Source: Octopus bimaculoides
Taxonomy: Eukaryota
NCBI RefSeq assembly: GCF_001194135.2
Contig: NC_069004.1
Span: 15,164,365-15,228,364 of the forward strand
DNA length: 64,000 nt
Direction of reading: 5' to 3'
The position numbers and the translations under genes are program-made. Under the pieces are notes generated by a model, which saw nothing but the letters and a program-made list of their open reading frames with translations, had not been told where the DNA came from and did not search any database. Positions 52,331-64,000 of this stretch are shown here, in pieces; the first letter of the stretch is position 1, and each line of letters starts with the position of its first letter.

Positions 52331-53050
52331 GCTGCTATTATTATTATTATCATCATTTAAGACGGTAAGGAGGCTAGGTAGGGGGGGGCTCCGAAAGGGG
52401 TCTCAGGGAGTAGCGTACTTGCCTTCCTGAGCCAGTTTTCCACCGCATTTCTTAAAAATCGTGGTAGAGGCCTTGGTCTCAAGACTATTCGTGTCTAGAA
52501 ACTGAGGTTGGGGGTAAGCAAGGGCATGCACCCCATAGAAAATCCAGCTCCAAAACAATACCTCATGGGAGGGTTGGCTTGAGAAGGGAGGACATCCAAA
52601 ACCAGGTAAGATGGTGTGAGGGCAGTTGCTATGGCATTGAGGTAGATACGGCCACCCCCCGTTAACAGGGACAAAACTTGGATTTAAAACACTGGATGAT
52701 GATGATGATGATGATAAGGCGGCATGGTAGCAGAATCATTGGCCTGCCCAGTAAAATGTTAAACAGCATTTCATCCATCTTTACATTCTGTGTTCAAATT
52801 GTGCCAAGGTTAACTTTGCCTTTTATCCTTTCAGAGTCAAAACTTTGAAACCATTATTATTATTATTATTATTATTACTATTATCCAAAAGGCTGGATGC
52901 TCACCTGATTCATTTAAGTGCTTTTTGTAATTTATGTCTTCTTTATTTGTTGATAAAATGTGTCTAAGATGATGTAAGACGAAGCATTAATCACACAAAT
53001 TAGTCACAGATGGTCACATTGTATTGCTGTGTTTCTCTGTCGAAAGAGAG

Positions 53051-53093
<43 letters not shown>

Positions 53094-54499
53094 GCGTGTG
53101 TGTGTGTGTGTTTATTCACCAACTGTTAATCTAGTTTAAAAGGTGTATATCTATGCACCAGCTGTTAACATCTACCTTAGAGCAATATTCCCTACTCAAT
53201 ACTAATTAATGCATCTGTGATATAGATAAATCATGGCACTGAAACAAGACACTTCCTTTTTTTTCCTATGGTATGCACAGGTTATTCTTATGTTTTAAAT
53301 GAGATTTTATTATTCAAAGCATAAGTTTACACAACTGCTATTCCGCAGGTGGTGCCATTGATGTCACCTTTTATAATGATGCTTCTTTTAATTTTTCTTG
53401 GTCATATTATATTACGTGAAAGTGTGTAACCTAGTGGTTAGGGTATTCAACCCACAATCATAAGATCACGAGTTCAATTCCCAGCAGCACGTTGTGTCCT
53501 TGTGCAAGACACTTTATTTCATTTATTTCATATTGCTCCAGTCGACCCAGCTGACAAAAATAAGAGTTGTATCTGTAGTTCAAAGGGTTAGCCTCATCAC
53601 ATTCTATGTCACGCTGAATCTCCATTAGATCTAGGTTAAAGGTAAGCCTGTCTGTGGAGTACTCAACCACTTTCACATAAATTTCACAAGCAGGCTGTTC
53701 TGTTGATCAGATCAACTGGAACCCTCATTGTCCTAACCGATGGAGTGCCAGTTATTATATTACTGTGAGTGTGTGAGATAGAAAGAAAGTGAGAAGGTGG
53801 AAAGTACAAAGGAGGGATATTAAGAAGGAAAGACCAAAATGTACATAAAGAATCTCAACAAACCCTGTTTGTTAACTGGTATATATATATCATCATCATC
53901 ATCATCATCATCGTTTAACGTCCGCTTTCCATGCTAGCATGGGTTGGACGATTTGACTGAGGACTGGTGAAACCGGATGGCAACACCAGGCTCCAATCTA
54001 AATTTGGCAGAGTTTCTACAGCTGGATGCCCTTCCTAACGCCAACCACTCAGAGAGTGTAGTAGGTGCTTTTACGTGTCACCTGCACAAAGGCCAGTTAG
54101 GCGGTACTGGCAACGGCCACGTTCAAAATGGTGCATCTTATGTGCCAACCGCACAAGAGCCAGTCCAGGGGCACTTAATATTAGACCCTGCTTGTTAACC
54201 AGTATATATTCTTTTATTCTTTTACTTTAACTGCAGCCATGCTGGAGCACCACCTTAAAGGGTTTTTTAATCAAAGAAATCGACCCTAGGACTTATTCTT
54301 TATAAGCCTAGTATTCATTCTATTGGTCTCTTTTGCTGAACTGCCAAGTTACTTGGATGTAAGCACACCAACATCAGTTGTCAAGTAATGGCAGGGAGAC
54401 AAACACAAAGATACACACACAATATATATGTATATATATACATATATGTAAAATAGGCTTCTTTCAGTTTCTATCTACCAAATCTACTCACAAGGAAAT

Positions 54500-57390
54500 G
54501 GAACAAAGGACTGTTGTAAATACCAAAACCTTTCTGGCAAAGAATGCATTAAACAATAAAGATAAGTGGCTGGAGACTTCAGGGACAATATTAGGCAGAC
54601 ATAGAAACAGAAGACAGCATGGAAAAGGAAGGCATGGAAATTAAAGGATTCCACAATTGGGAAAAGATTTAAAGAAATTCTAATTGATTATAGGTACAGC
54701 ATAGATGACAACTGGAAATTTCTATGAAATTTCTGCTTAGTGCAACAGATGAGATATGTGGCTGGGACAAAATCCCTGCCAAACCAAAAGTAATGTGGTG
54801 GAAGAATAACGCAGTTGATGGGGAAGTAAATGTGCTAAGAGACAGGTTTGGAAAACCAGTAAGGGAGATAGTAGTGGGGAGACTTATCAAATTACTAGAC
54901 AAGCAGCTAGGTAACAGGTACGAGGAGTGCTGAAAAGTTCATGGCTTTGGGTAAAAGAAAATATAGAAGAATCAGTTAATTATGATTTTATTCAACATAT
55001 TCCCTTCTTGGATTCACACACTTATGGCAGCAGTCCTTCAGTTTTTCTAAGCTCTGTAAAAGAACTTGGAAGCTTGAACCTCCAACCAGGCCCTTCGCAA
55101 TACCCTTAAAGCTGGGAATTTTTCAGCACCCCTACTTCACCCTTAGCCAAATATATATATGGTTAAGGGTGAAGCAGAAAGGAAGAGATTTACATATATT
55201 TAGCAATGTGAGGATCAGAGACACGAAGTATTCCAAATTGCAAGACAATGTGCAAGAGAGAAACGCATCATAATTGATGAGAAGTGTATTCAAAATGAAA
55301 GTACACTTGCCACAGATATGGAAGACAAGAAAGTGGTGTGGAAATGCTATTATGAGAGGCTGAGATAAAGAGGGGCTACTCCATGCTGACTCATCAGAGG
55401 GACTAGCAATTCAAGTTGATGGTAGCATGATTGATAGAACAATTAAAGATATAAAGAGACAGAAAGCTGCAGGTATTCAACCACTCCAAGAGTGTAATGG
55501 ATGCTTTTACGTGCCACTAGCACAGGCACCATTTGTGTGACACCAATATCTGCCATGACGGCAGTTTTACTTGATTTTATGGATCTTCTTCTCAAGCACA
55601 GCATAATGCCAAATGGACTCAGCCATTACCTCTGTGAGGCCCAACGCTCAAAGCACAGTATAATGCCAAATAGTCTCAGTTGCAGGGATAATTATAGATG
55701 CTCAAAATATCTGATAAGGTAGGATACATGATTACCACCTGGATAGTTAACCATGTTATACAAGAAGGTGTCACGCTTAATGACTGACTTAGCAGTATCC
55801 TGATAAACTGCAACAAAGGCAAAGGAGATACCTTCAAAAGAACTACAAAGGAATCAAGCAACTGGATCGGGTTATGAAGGTCACAGAGAGAGTGTCACAG
55901 CACAACTGATCTGTGACAGAGTAAACCCAGATGGGATGTAGGTTGGCTTTGTATCAGGAAGAGGTAGGAACCACAGATGCAATCTTCCCAGTGAAGCAAC
56001 TGCAGAAGAAATACTTGTCTAAGAATAAGCTATTATTCCTAGCTTTTGATTTGGTGATGGTGTTTAACAGGGTACCATTCAGTAATTTGGTGGTCACCGA
56101 ATAAACAAAGATGCAGTGAGTAAAGTGAGCGTCAACAACGATTTCAGTGATAAATCTAGCGTGAAGCTAGTTTGTTACAGTTCTGTTCCCAGTCCTCTCT
56201 TATTTATCATAATCTCACAGGCAATTACTGAACAGATTAAGACTGGCTCTCCATGGGAAAGGGAAAAGCTATAAACTGATAACCTAGTTCTCATAGCTGA
56301 ATCTAAAAGGGAATTAGAAGAAAAAAATCCAGCCATGCAAGCTAAAACTAGAATCAAAAACCCTCAAAATAAATTTAACAAAGACTGAGGTTTTAATAAG
56401 TAGGAAAGAAGATAAGACCCAAGTAACTTCAGGGAAATGACCTTGCTTGATATGCAGGAAAGGAGCAGGTATAAACTCCATTTGCTATGCGCAGTGTAAT
56501 ACATACACAAACAAGATATATGGTGAAATCATAGGCCGACAAACAAAGTGAGGCTTCTCTTTGAGTTTATTCATTGAAGAGTTGGGCCTGCTCGGTGGTT
56601 AATATTTAACAGCTGCAGTATTATAACTGTATTAAGGTAGCATAATAATTTGCCTTATAAATTGGGGCTAGAAAGAATGGTTTGACGAGAAGTAGACTGT
56701 CTCTATTTTATCCTTTAAAAATTAATTCTTATAGTGAGAAAGCTTAAATGATTTAAAGGGACAAAAAGACCCTAAATTGTCTTAAATGCTCAGATGATTC
56801 ACTAAAAGTAGTTGATAGCTTTTTCTTAATTTTTTTTTATCTAGGATACATAATTAGCAGGGGAAGTAGTTGTTCTAAATGTATAGTAGCTAGGGTAAGA
56901 ACGGATTGGGAAAAGTTCAAGGAATTTTTACTACTGCTGGCAACAAAGGTTTTTTCTTTCTTTCAGAGTGAAGAGGAAATTGTATGATGCTCATGTTAGA
57001 ACTGCAATGCTGCATGGTAGTGAGACATGGGCTTTGAATGCAGAGGACTTAAGATGGAAAAGGGATAACATGAGTATGCTCATAGATGCACAATGCTATG
57101 TGCATGAAAGGTTAAGTACAAATGAGTTGAAAGAAAAACTGAGCATAAGAAGTATCAGATGTAGTGTACAAGAAAGAAGAGTGCACTGGTATAGACGTGT
57201 GATGCATATGGATGAGGACATCTGTTTAAAGAAGTGTCAATCACTAAATGTGGATGGAGCTTGCAGAAGAGGGAGACCCAGGAAAACATGGGACAAAGTA
57301 GTGAAGGATGATCTCAGGACCTTGAACTTCATGAAGGAGATGACAAGGGAGACTGTGATAACTGGTGATATGCCTATCTGCAGCTTTTCC
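54500..57390 (+). mobile_element. Long fragmented RTE-clade LINE relic with nested insertions (related 3' fragments at 42125-42620, 46200-46400, 28480-28700)
   Basis: TDAIFPVKQLQKKYL; KRKLYDAHVRTAMLHGSETW; RRGRPRKTW. Confidence 0.7.
54919..55134. mobile_element. Mariner-derived MITE
   Basis: tacgaggagtgctgaaaagttc ... gaatttttcagcacccct imperfect TIRs, about 215 bp, nested in an RTE relic. Confidence 0.6.
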
Positions 57391-60300
57391 TAGACATGAC
57401 TAATTTTTCTCACTACCCGGAACCATTTCACTTCATACCCATTCCACATCCTTAATACTGTCCTCTCAACCCACTAACATGACTCCTTCACCCCCACATA
57501 TCGGTGGTCATCCCCACCCATTGTCTACCACTTAATACATTCACATGCCCAATCTTTACAGTTGTCACCTACTCTTTCCTATCTCCTCAACATATAATCC
57601 ACTCAACAATACTTGTTCTTCATTCATTATATTCAGCCCCTTACCTATTCTGACCACAAACCATCCCTCACTTTCCCCATATACTTTTGCAACTACTACC
57701 CTACCCACACTCACAGTTCTTCTCCCTACTTCACTTTTTTTCACCTTGTACCTTGAGGACCCATGTTAAGGGTATGCAAGTCTGTGGAGTGCTCAGTCAC
57801 TTGCATGTTAATTCCATGAGCTAGCTGCTCCATTTATTGGATCAACTGGAACCTTTATTGTTATAACCGACTGAGTGCCAGTATGTATTTGCATTCATTT
57901 AAAATGTTATCAAGATACACTTGACATTATTCTTGGATAGTAAATATCAGTTTCCAGTAATGCCATTGGATGATATAATGCTGACCATTATCATGATTAG
58001 ATAAACTTGAAACTTACGTTATTAAACAAAGGTCATATATTCTTTTCTACTCCAGGCACAAGACCCGAAATTTTGGGGGAGGGGGCCAGCTGATTAGATC
58101 AATCCCAGTATGCAACTGGTACTTAATATATCGACCCCGAAAGGATGAAAGGCAAAATCAACCTCAGCGGAATTTGAACTCAGAACGTAAAGACATGAAA
58201 TACCGTTAAGCATTTCGCCCTGCATGCTAACGTTTCTGCCAGCTCGCCGCCTTTAAGCAAAGGTCATATATTGATTGACTCTGTGTGTGTGTAAACACAC
58301 CTTAGCAGTATACTAACATAATGTATATATAGTTGATGTTTCATTGAAACTATGAAAGCTGTTAAATTAGTAACAAGTAATGGTACACCTGTTACATTTG
58401 TTTTTTGTTTCTTTTATGCAATTAATTGTTGTCCTTATCAATTATTTCTCAAAAACATTTACAAAACTGATCCAATTCATTGATAAGAGAATTTCAAAAC
58501 ATGTTAGCCGTGGCTGTGTGGTAAGAAGCTTGCTTCCCAACCACATGCTTCAGGCCTACTGCATGGCACCTTGGGCAAGTGTCTTCTATTATAGCCTCAA
58601 GTCAACCAAAGCTTTGTGAGTGGATTTGGTAGATGGAAACTGAAAGAAGNNNNNNNNNNNNNNNNNNNNNNNNNNNNNNNNNNNNNNNNNNNNNNNNNNN
58701 NNNNNNNNNNNNNNNNNNNNNNNNNNNNNNNNNNNNNNNNNNNNNNNNNNNNNNNNNNTATATATATATATATATATCAGGAGCAAATATTCAGGATTGA
58801 ATATTTATATATATATTAATATTGTTATTATTATCGAAGGCATAATAGTTGATAATAACAGCAACATTAATATAGGTGTATACTAATACCAAAAAATATA
58901 GCTTTATGCTATATGGGTATGTGAGGGATTTCTTTCAATCCATTTGGCTCAAGTACTGTTGATTCTGTTATTATTTTCAGTGTTGTTTTGGTGGTTTAAA
59001 TGAGTGTTTTATCCCTCATTTCTAGCAGGTAGACACATGTCTGTTTGACCTGACACTCCCCCTACAAGCACTTGACAACTGAAGCTGGTGTGTTCATGTT
59101 CCCGTGACTAAGCAGTTCAGCAAAAGAGAATAGAATAAGAACTTGGCTTACAAAGAATAAATCCTGGAGTCAATTTCTTCGACTAAACACCCTTAAGGCA
59201 GTGCTCCAGCATGGCTGCAGTCAAATGACTAAAACAAGTAAAAAGAATGAAAGAATAATAATTATGCCTGAGCAGGACTCAGCATCTGACAACAGAGGCA
59301 CCTCCATCTAGCATTGGTTAGCATGGACAGGTGAGCCTGTACCCAGCATAGATAAGAGGAAAATGGTATGGTGAAGTTTCACCTGGCAGTGGATAGAAAA
59401 TAGCTGAATGAGTTGTCACATTCTGGATGTTCTTGAAGGTCAAAAGTAGAAAGACCAATGAGAAGGTATGGTCTTGGTAAAAGTTATGTGTTGTTATCAT
59501 CATCTATAGCAGTGGTTCTCAATTGAGGTCCATATAAGATTTTTGGGGGATTCACACAACAAAATAGTAAATTGAGGATCAACAGTAGTATTTTAAGGGA
59601 CCATGAAAAAAGTTTGTTTTAGATGTATGTATAGGTATGTATTGCAAGAAACAGCTAGGTTTCTTTCTCTAACATTTTACATAGTTCAACCTACACAAGT
59701 TAATGTGTGAAAAACAAAATAGGAATTTTGAAAGAAGTATCTATACAACTAGTTTTCACACACTGAATGGCTGTGGAAGTCCACCAGAATAAAATAGTGA
59801 ACAAAGGGGTCTACAGATAAAAAAAAGGTTGAAAACCCTAATTTACAGGGTCACCAAGTTGACATCAGAAAAACTTCTCTTCTGATTACACAATATCAAG
59901 TCTTTATTTGAAATGTGAAGGTGAATGGGTTTAGTAGTTCAGGTACTCAGCTCATGGTCACTCATGGTTGTGAGTTTGATTCTCAATAAGTTCATTTAGA
60001 AAATTATGGTTTCTGTCAGTGATTTCCCCTCCAGATCAATGCTTCCCAAACTTTTACTTAATTAATGATCCTCTGCAAAAATATTTTTCTTGGTCAGATA
60101 CTCCTTAGTTTTTATTTACAACATATGTTGTCGTATCTTCCTTGGTGTAAGAAGAATACAACACAACATACACTGTAAATACAACTCAACAAGCAGTAAA
60201 TGAAAGTATGAATAATTGTGTATACATAACATATCTACTTTATCTTTTAGTTGATTCAGTCATTAGACTGCAGCCATGCTGGGGCACCACCTTCAAGAAT

Positions 60301-60964
60301 TTTTAGTTGAATGAATTGACCCCAGTACTTGTTATTTTTTTAAGCCTAGTACTTATTCTATCAATCTCTTTGCTGAACCACTAAGTTATGGGAACATAAA
60401 CCTAATACTGGTTGTCAAGCATAAGTGGGGGACAAATAGATACAAAGATATGCACACATTATATATATATATACATATACATACATATATACATTTTATT
60501 TTCAATATTAATAAGATTCTACTTTTGTGACCACTTTCAAAATTAGACCAACACTAGTTTTGGCAGGAAATTAGTACCCAACATAAACTTGGTGTAGCCT
60601 TTACTAATTACTGAGTAAATTTACGAATTCATCATCATAATCATTTAACATCTGCTGTCCATGCTGGCATAGGTTGGACAGATTGACCAGGGCTGACAAG
60701 CTGGAAGGCTGCACCAGACTCCAACCACTCCAAGAGTGTAATGGATGCTTTTACATGCCACCAGCACGGGTGCCATTTGTTTGACATCAATATCTGCCAT
60801 AACGGCAGTTTTACTTGATTTTATGGGTCTTCTTCTCAAGCACAGCATAATGCCAAATGGACTCAGCCATTACCTCTGTGAGGCCCAACACTCAAAGCAC
60901 AGTATAATGCCAAATAGTCTCAGTCCTTGCCTCCATGAGGCCCTATAAATATATATAACACGTA

Positions 60965-61433
60965 TATAAGGGATGACCACTAATGTTCTCCAACCGGCAA
61001 CATATACTGCAGTGAATTATTCTCTGCAGAATTGTTTCCAGAATTTTGCGCGCCGGAGCTGAGGCATTTTGAAAAGTAGCCCCAATGTAATCGGTAGAAC
61101 TGTATGTAAGTCTTATTTTCATGAAGACAATTCGTGTATAGTTCTGCAAATTATATTGATTCTAGAACGTCTATGCTGATGAGAACATGGATGTTACTAC
61201 GCAAGTATAACGTTAATGTTCGAAACTGCAGTCCATAGATAACTCTTTATTCTGTATAGTTCTCATTTTGTCCTGTTCTGGCGTTTTGCGAAATTTTTCT
61301 GGAGAACATTATTTTTCTTTGTGGTTGGGTCGTTGATGACCTCTTTCTAGCATATTGGATGCCCACCTAGTGGTCATCCCTTATACACGTGTAATACAAT
61401 TTTTTCTGAATTTTCAAATTTTTTATATGCTAG
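60965..61433 (+). mobile_element. Hammerhead-carrying element with 18-bp terminal inverted repeat (Penelope pLTR/retrozyme-like)
   Basis: tataagggatgaccacta (60965) and tagtggtcatcccttata (61368-85); CpG-richer interior with the hammerhead; the right-end tail is homologous to 63350-63450; truncated by an N gap. Confidence 0.6.
61169..61240 (+). ncRNA. Minimal type I hammerhead ribozyme (Penelope/retrozyme-type)
   Basis: Stem I gtctatg/catagat; core CTGATGA (61176-82); stem II gaacat/atgttc extended to a GCAA tetraloop; GAAA (61222-25); stem III AC-tgca-GT; cleavage triplet GTC (predicted cut after 61233). Confidence 0.88.
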
Positions 61434-63203
61434 NNNNNNNNNNNNNNNNNNNNNNNNNNNNNNNNNNNNNNNNNNNNNNNNNNNNNNNNNNNNNNNNNNN
61501 NNNNNNNNNNNNNNNNNNNNNNNNNNNNNNNNNNNNNNNNNNNNNNNNNNNNNNNNNNNNNNNNNNNNNNNNNNNNNNNNNNNNNNNNNNNNNNNNNNNN
61601 NNNNNNNNNNNNNNNNNNNNNNNNNNNNNNNNNNNNNNNNNNNNNNNNNNNNNNNNNNNNNNNNNNNNNNNNNNNNNNNNNNNNNNNNNNNNNNNNNNNN
61701 NNNNNNNNNNNNNNNNNNNNNNNNNNNNNNNNNNNNNNNNNNNNNNNNNNNNNNNNNNNNNNNNNNNNNNNNNNNNNNNNNNNNNNNNNNNNNNNNNNNN
61801 NNNNNNNNNNNNNNNNNNNNNNNNNNNNNNNNNNNNNNNNNNNNNNNNNNNNNNNNNNNNNNNNNNNNNNNNNNNNNNNNNNNNNNNNNNNNNNNNNNNN
61901 NNNNNNNNNNNNNNNNNNNNNNNNNNNNNNNNNNNNNNNNNNNNNNNNNNNNNNNNNNNNNNNNNNNNNNNNNNNNNNNNNNNNNNNNNNNNNNNNNNNN
62001 TGTGTGTGACGTAGTGGAAGGAATTAGTAGCAGGAATAGTTAGTGGGTGCTTATGGACAATGGTTAGTGGAGGGTCAGCAGGCAGTTTTTGAGTATGTGT
62101 GTGTTTGTGTGAGGTTGTAGGTGTTGGGTACGTGTGCGTGTGTGTGTGTGTATTTTGTACGTGCGCATGTGTGTATGTGTATGTTTTTGTGCGTGCGTGT
62201 GTGTTTGTGTGTATGTGTATGTTGTGTATATGTGCGTTGCTGTGTACGTGTGTGTGCGTGCGTTTGCTATTGTATGTGCGTGTGTTGTTTATTCCCATGT
62301 GTGTGTGATTGTATGCGTGTCTGTGTGAGTATATACATATATAACATTGTTTTGTTTTGAAAAGAAATTTCTGTAAGAGTGTTTACCTACTCAACAATGA
62401 AATTTCTCCTTGACATTGAATATACTTGTCGATAAAGGAGTGATTTCCATACACAATATAGATAAGGCTTTTAAGCAGATGTCTAATATTTGATCAGAAA
62501 ACATTATCTCAATTGGTTCCAACTATCAACTCACTGAAAAGCTACCTTTCTACACATTTCTCAGACACCCTGGAAACATTTCTCATGAGAAAAATATTAC
62601 ATTGAAAGACTGAATAGGTTACAAAGTTCAACAATTACATAAAGACTTGTAAGCCAATGTTTCTCAACCTGTATGACTTGTATTTCAACATTACAAAAAA
62701 AAACATACACAATCATCATCATCATTTTAACGTTTACTTTTACACACACACACTCATATTAATCAAAGTGTACAGGTTTATATAGATCCATTGTAACTGA
62801 TCTTATCAGTCAGTTTCACACTGGGTATTAAACAGCACACTTTCATGATATAGTCTGCTCATCAGAGTTAGGAAGATTGGCAAAAAATGAGGCAACTCTT
62901 CACTATGTGTCTACAATAAGACACCTATCTATCTCTGTCCCTCCTTTAATCTCTCAAACGGCACAAAGCCTCCACCACAGCTCAATACAACTCTCACTTC
63001 CTAGATGAAGGAATTTTACCTATATTTTCTTGTTTTGTCTTGCAAGGCACTTGGTAAGCATGTAGATGATGATGACACATAAAAAGCACCAGTGATGGTG
63101 CCACATAAAAGGCACCCAGTACACTGTAAAATGGTTGGCATCCACCTGTAGAAAACATGCCAAAACAAAAAATTGAACCAGGTACGCCCCACCCATGAAC
63201 AGA

Positions 63204-63296
<93 letters not shown>

Positions 63297-63390
63297 GAGG
63301 GATGACCACTAAGTGGACATCAATTATGCTAGAAGAAGACCAGGTGGGTTTCTTCTAGCATAATTGATGTCCACTTAATGGTCATCCCTC
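63297..63390. repeat. 41-bp-stem foldback related to the ends of the hammerhead element
   Basis: gagggatgaccactaagtggacatc...agaagaa, 12-nt loop, reverse complement with 1 mismatch. Confidence 0.9.
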
Positions 63391-63527
63391 TTATATGTAT
63401 GTAATATAATTTTTCTGAATCTTCAGACTTTTCAATATGCTAGGCCACTAGTTTTAAATTGATATTAATTAAATTAATACTCAATTTTTCACCCTATTTA
63501 AATATATATATATATATATATATATAT

Positions 63528-63969
63528 ACATTTTATTTTCAATATTAATAAGATTCTACTTTTGTGACCACTTTCAAAATTAGACTAACACTAGTTTTGG
63601 CAGGAAACTAGTACCCAAGATAAACTTGGTATAGCCTTTACTAATTACTGAGTGAATTTACTAATTTATCATCATAATTATTTAATATCTGCTGTCCATG
63701 CTGGCATGGGTTGGACAGATTGACCAGGGCTGGCAAACTGGAAGGCTGTACCAAACTCCAACCACTCCAAGAGTGTAATGAGTACTTTTACATGCCACAA
63801 GTGCCATTTGCGTGACACCAGTATCTTCTATGACTGCAGTTTTACTTAGTTTGATTGGTCTTCTCAAGCACTGCATAATACCAAATGCACTCTGTCATAG
63901 CCTCTGTGAGGCCTAACGCTCGAAGCATGGCATAATGCCAAATGGTTTTAGTTCTGGCCTCTATGAGGC

Positions 63970-63973
<4 letters not shown>
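63528..63973 (+). repeat. About 450-bp direct duplicate of 60491-60945
   Basis: acattttattttcaatattaataagattctacttttgtgaccactttc... colinear through the retroelement part. Confidence 0.9.

Positions 63974-64000
<27 letters not shown>

Larger units (their letters stand above)
4763..62000. other. Assembly gaps (N runs) at 4763-5129, 6537-6546, 11914-12120, 12976-13047, about 18116-18790, 19945-20041, 50563-50750, 58650-58758, 61434-62000
   Basis: N runs, mostly bordered by (TA)n, (CA)n or poly-A microsatellites; this is a draft short-read-type assembly. Confidence 0.98.

Noticed and set aside
60965-61385. Plain Tc1/mariner MITE interpretation
   Set aside because: Not excluded, but down-weighted because the intact hammerhead is not expected in class II MITEs and the termini do not match the mariner TIRs seen elsewhere in the window.
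4629-62360. Long ORFs containing X runs or YI/HT/CV dipeptide repeats (e.g. 4629, 10309, 12851, 17950, 61355, 61423)
   Set aside because: They result from N gaps and (TA)n/(CA)n microsatellites.
62835-62875. Minus-strand CTGATGA...GAAA hammerhead-like motif
   Set aside because: No proper stem II, stem III or stem I pairing.

Overview
AT-rich, repeat-dense, gapped eukaryotic DNA. The SINE/LINE/microsatellite make-up resembles an octopus-like cephalopod (inference). One host gene is supported: a minus-strand PGAP6/TMEM8-family gene with 10 coding exons (49848 to 28070, about 735 aa visible). All splice phases are consistent, and the exons encode an ectodomain, an EGF-like module and a 7-TM CREST domain with SxxxH, D and HxxxH motifs intact. 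The first (signal-peptide) exon was not found. The rest is mostly mobile-element relics: Tx1/L1, RTE, CR1-like and HERO-like LINEs, a Penelope fragment, Tc1/mariner, hAT MITE, Helitron/Helentron and three SINE-like families. There is also a 2.1 kb 25-bp satellite and several foldback hairpins. The most notable hidden feature is a canonical minimal type I hammerhead ribozyme at 61169-61240 inside an inverted-repeat-bounded, partly duplicated element, with a degenerate second hammerhead at 21741-21832. Both fit Penelope-like/retrozyme biology. All calls are by eye; no searches were run, and repeat boundaries are approximate.
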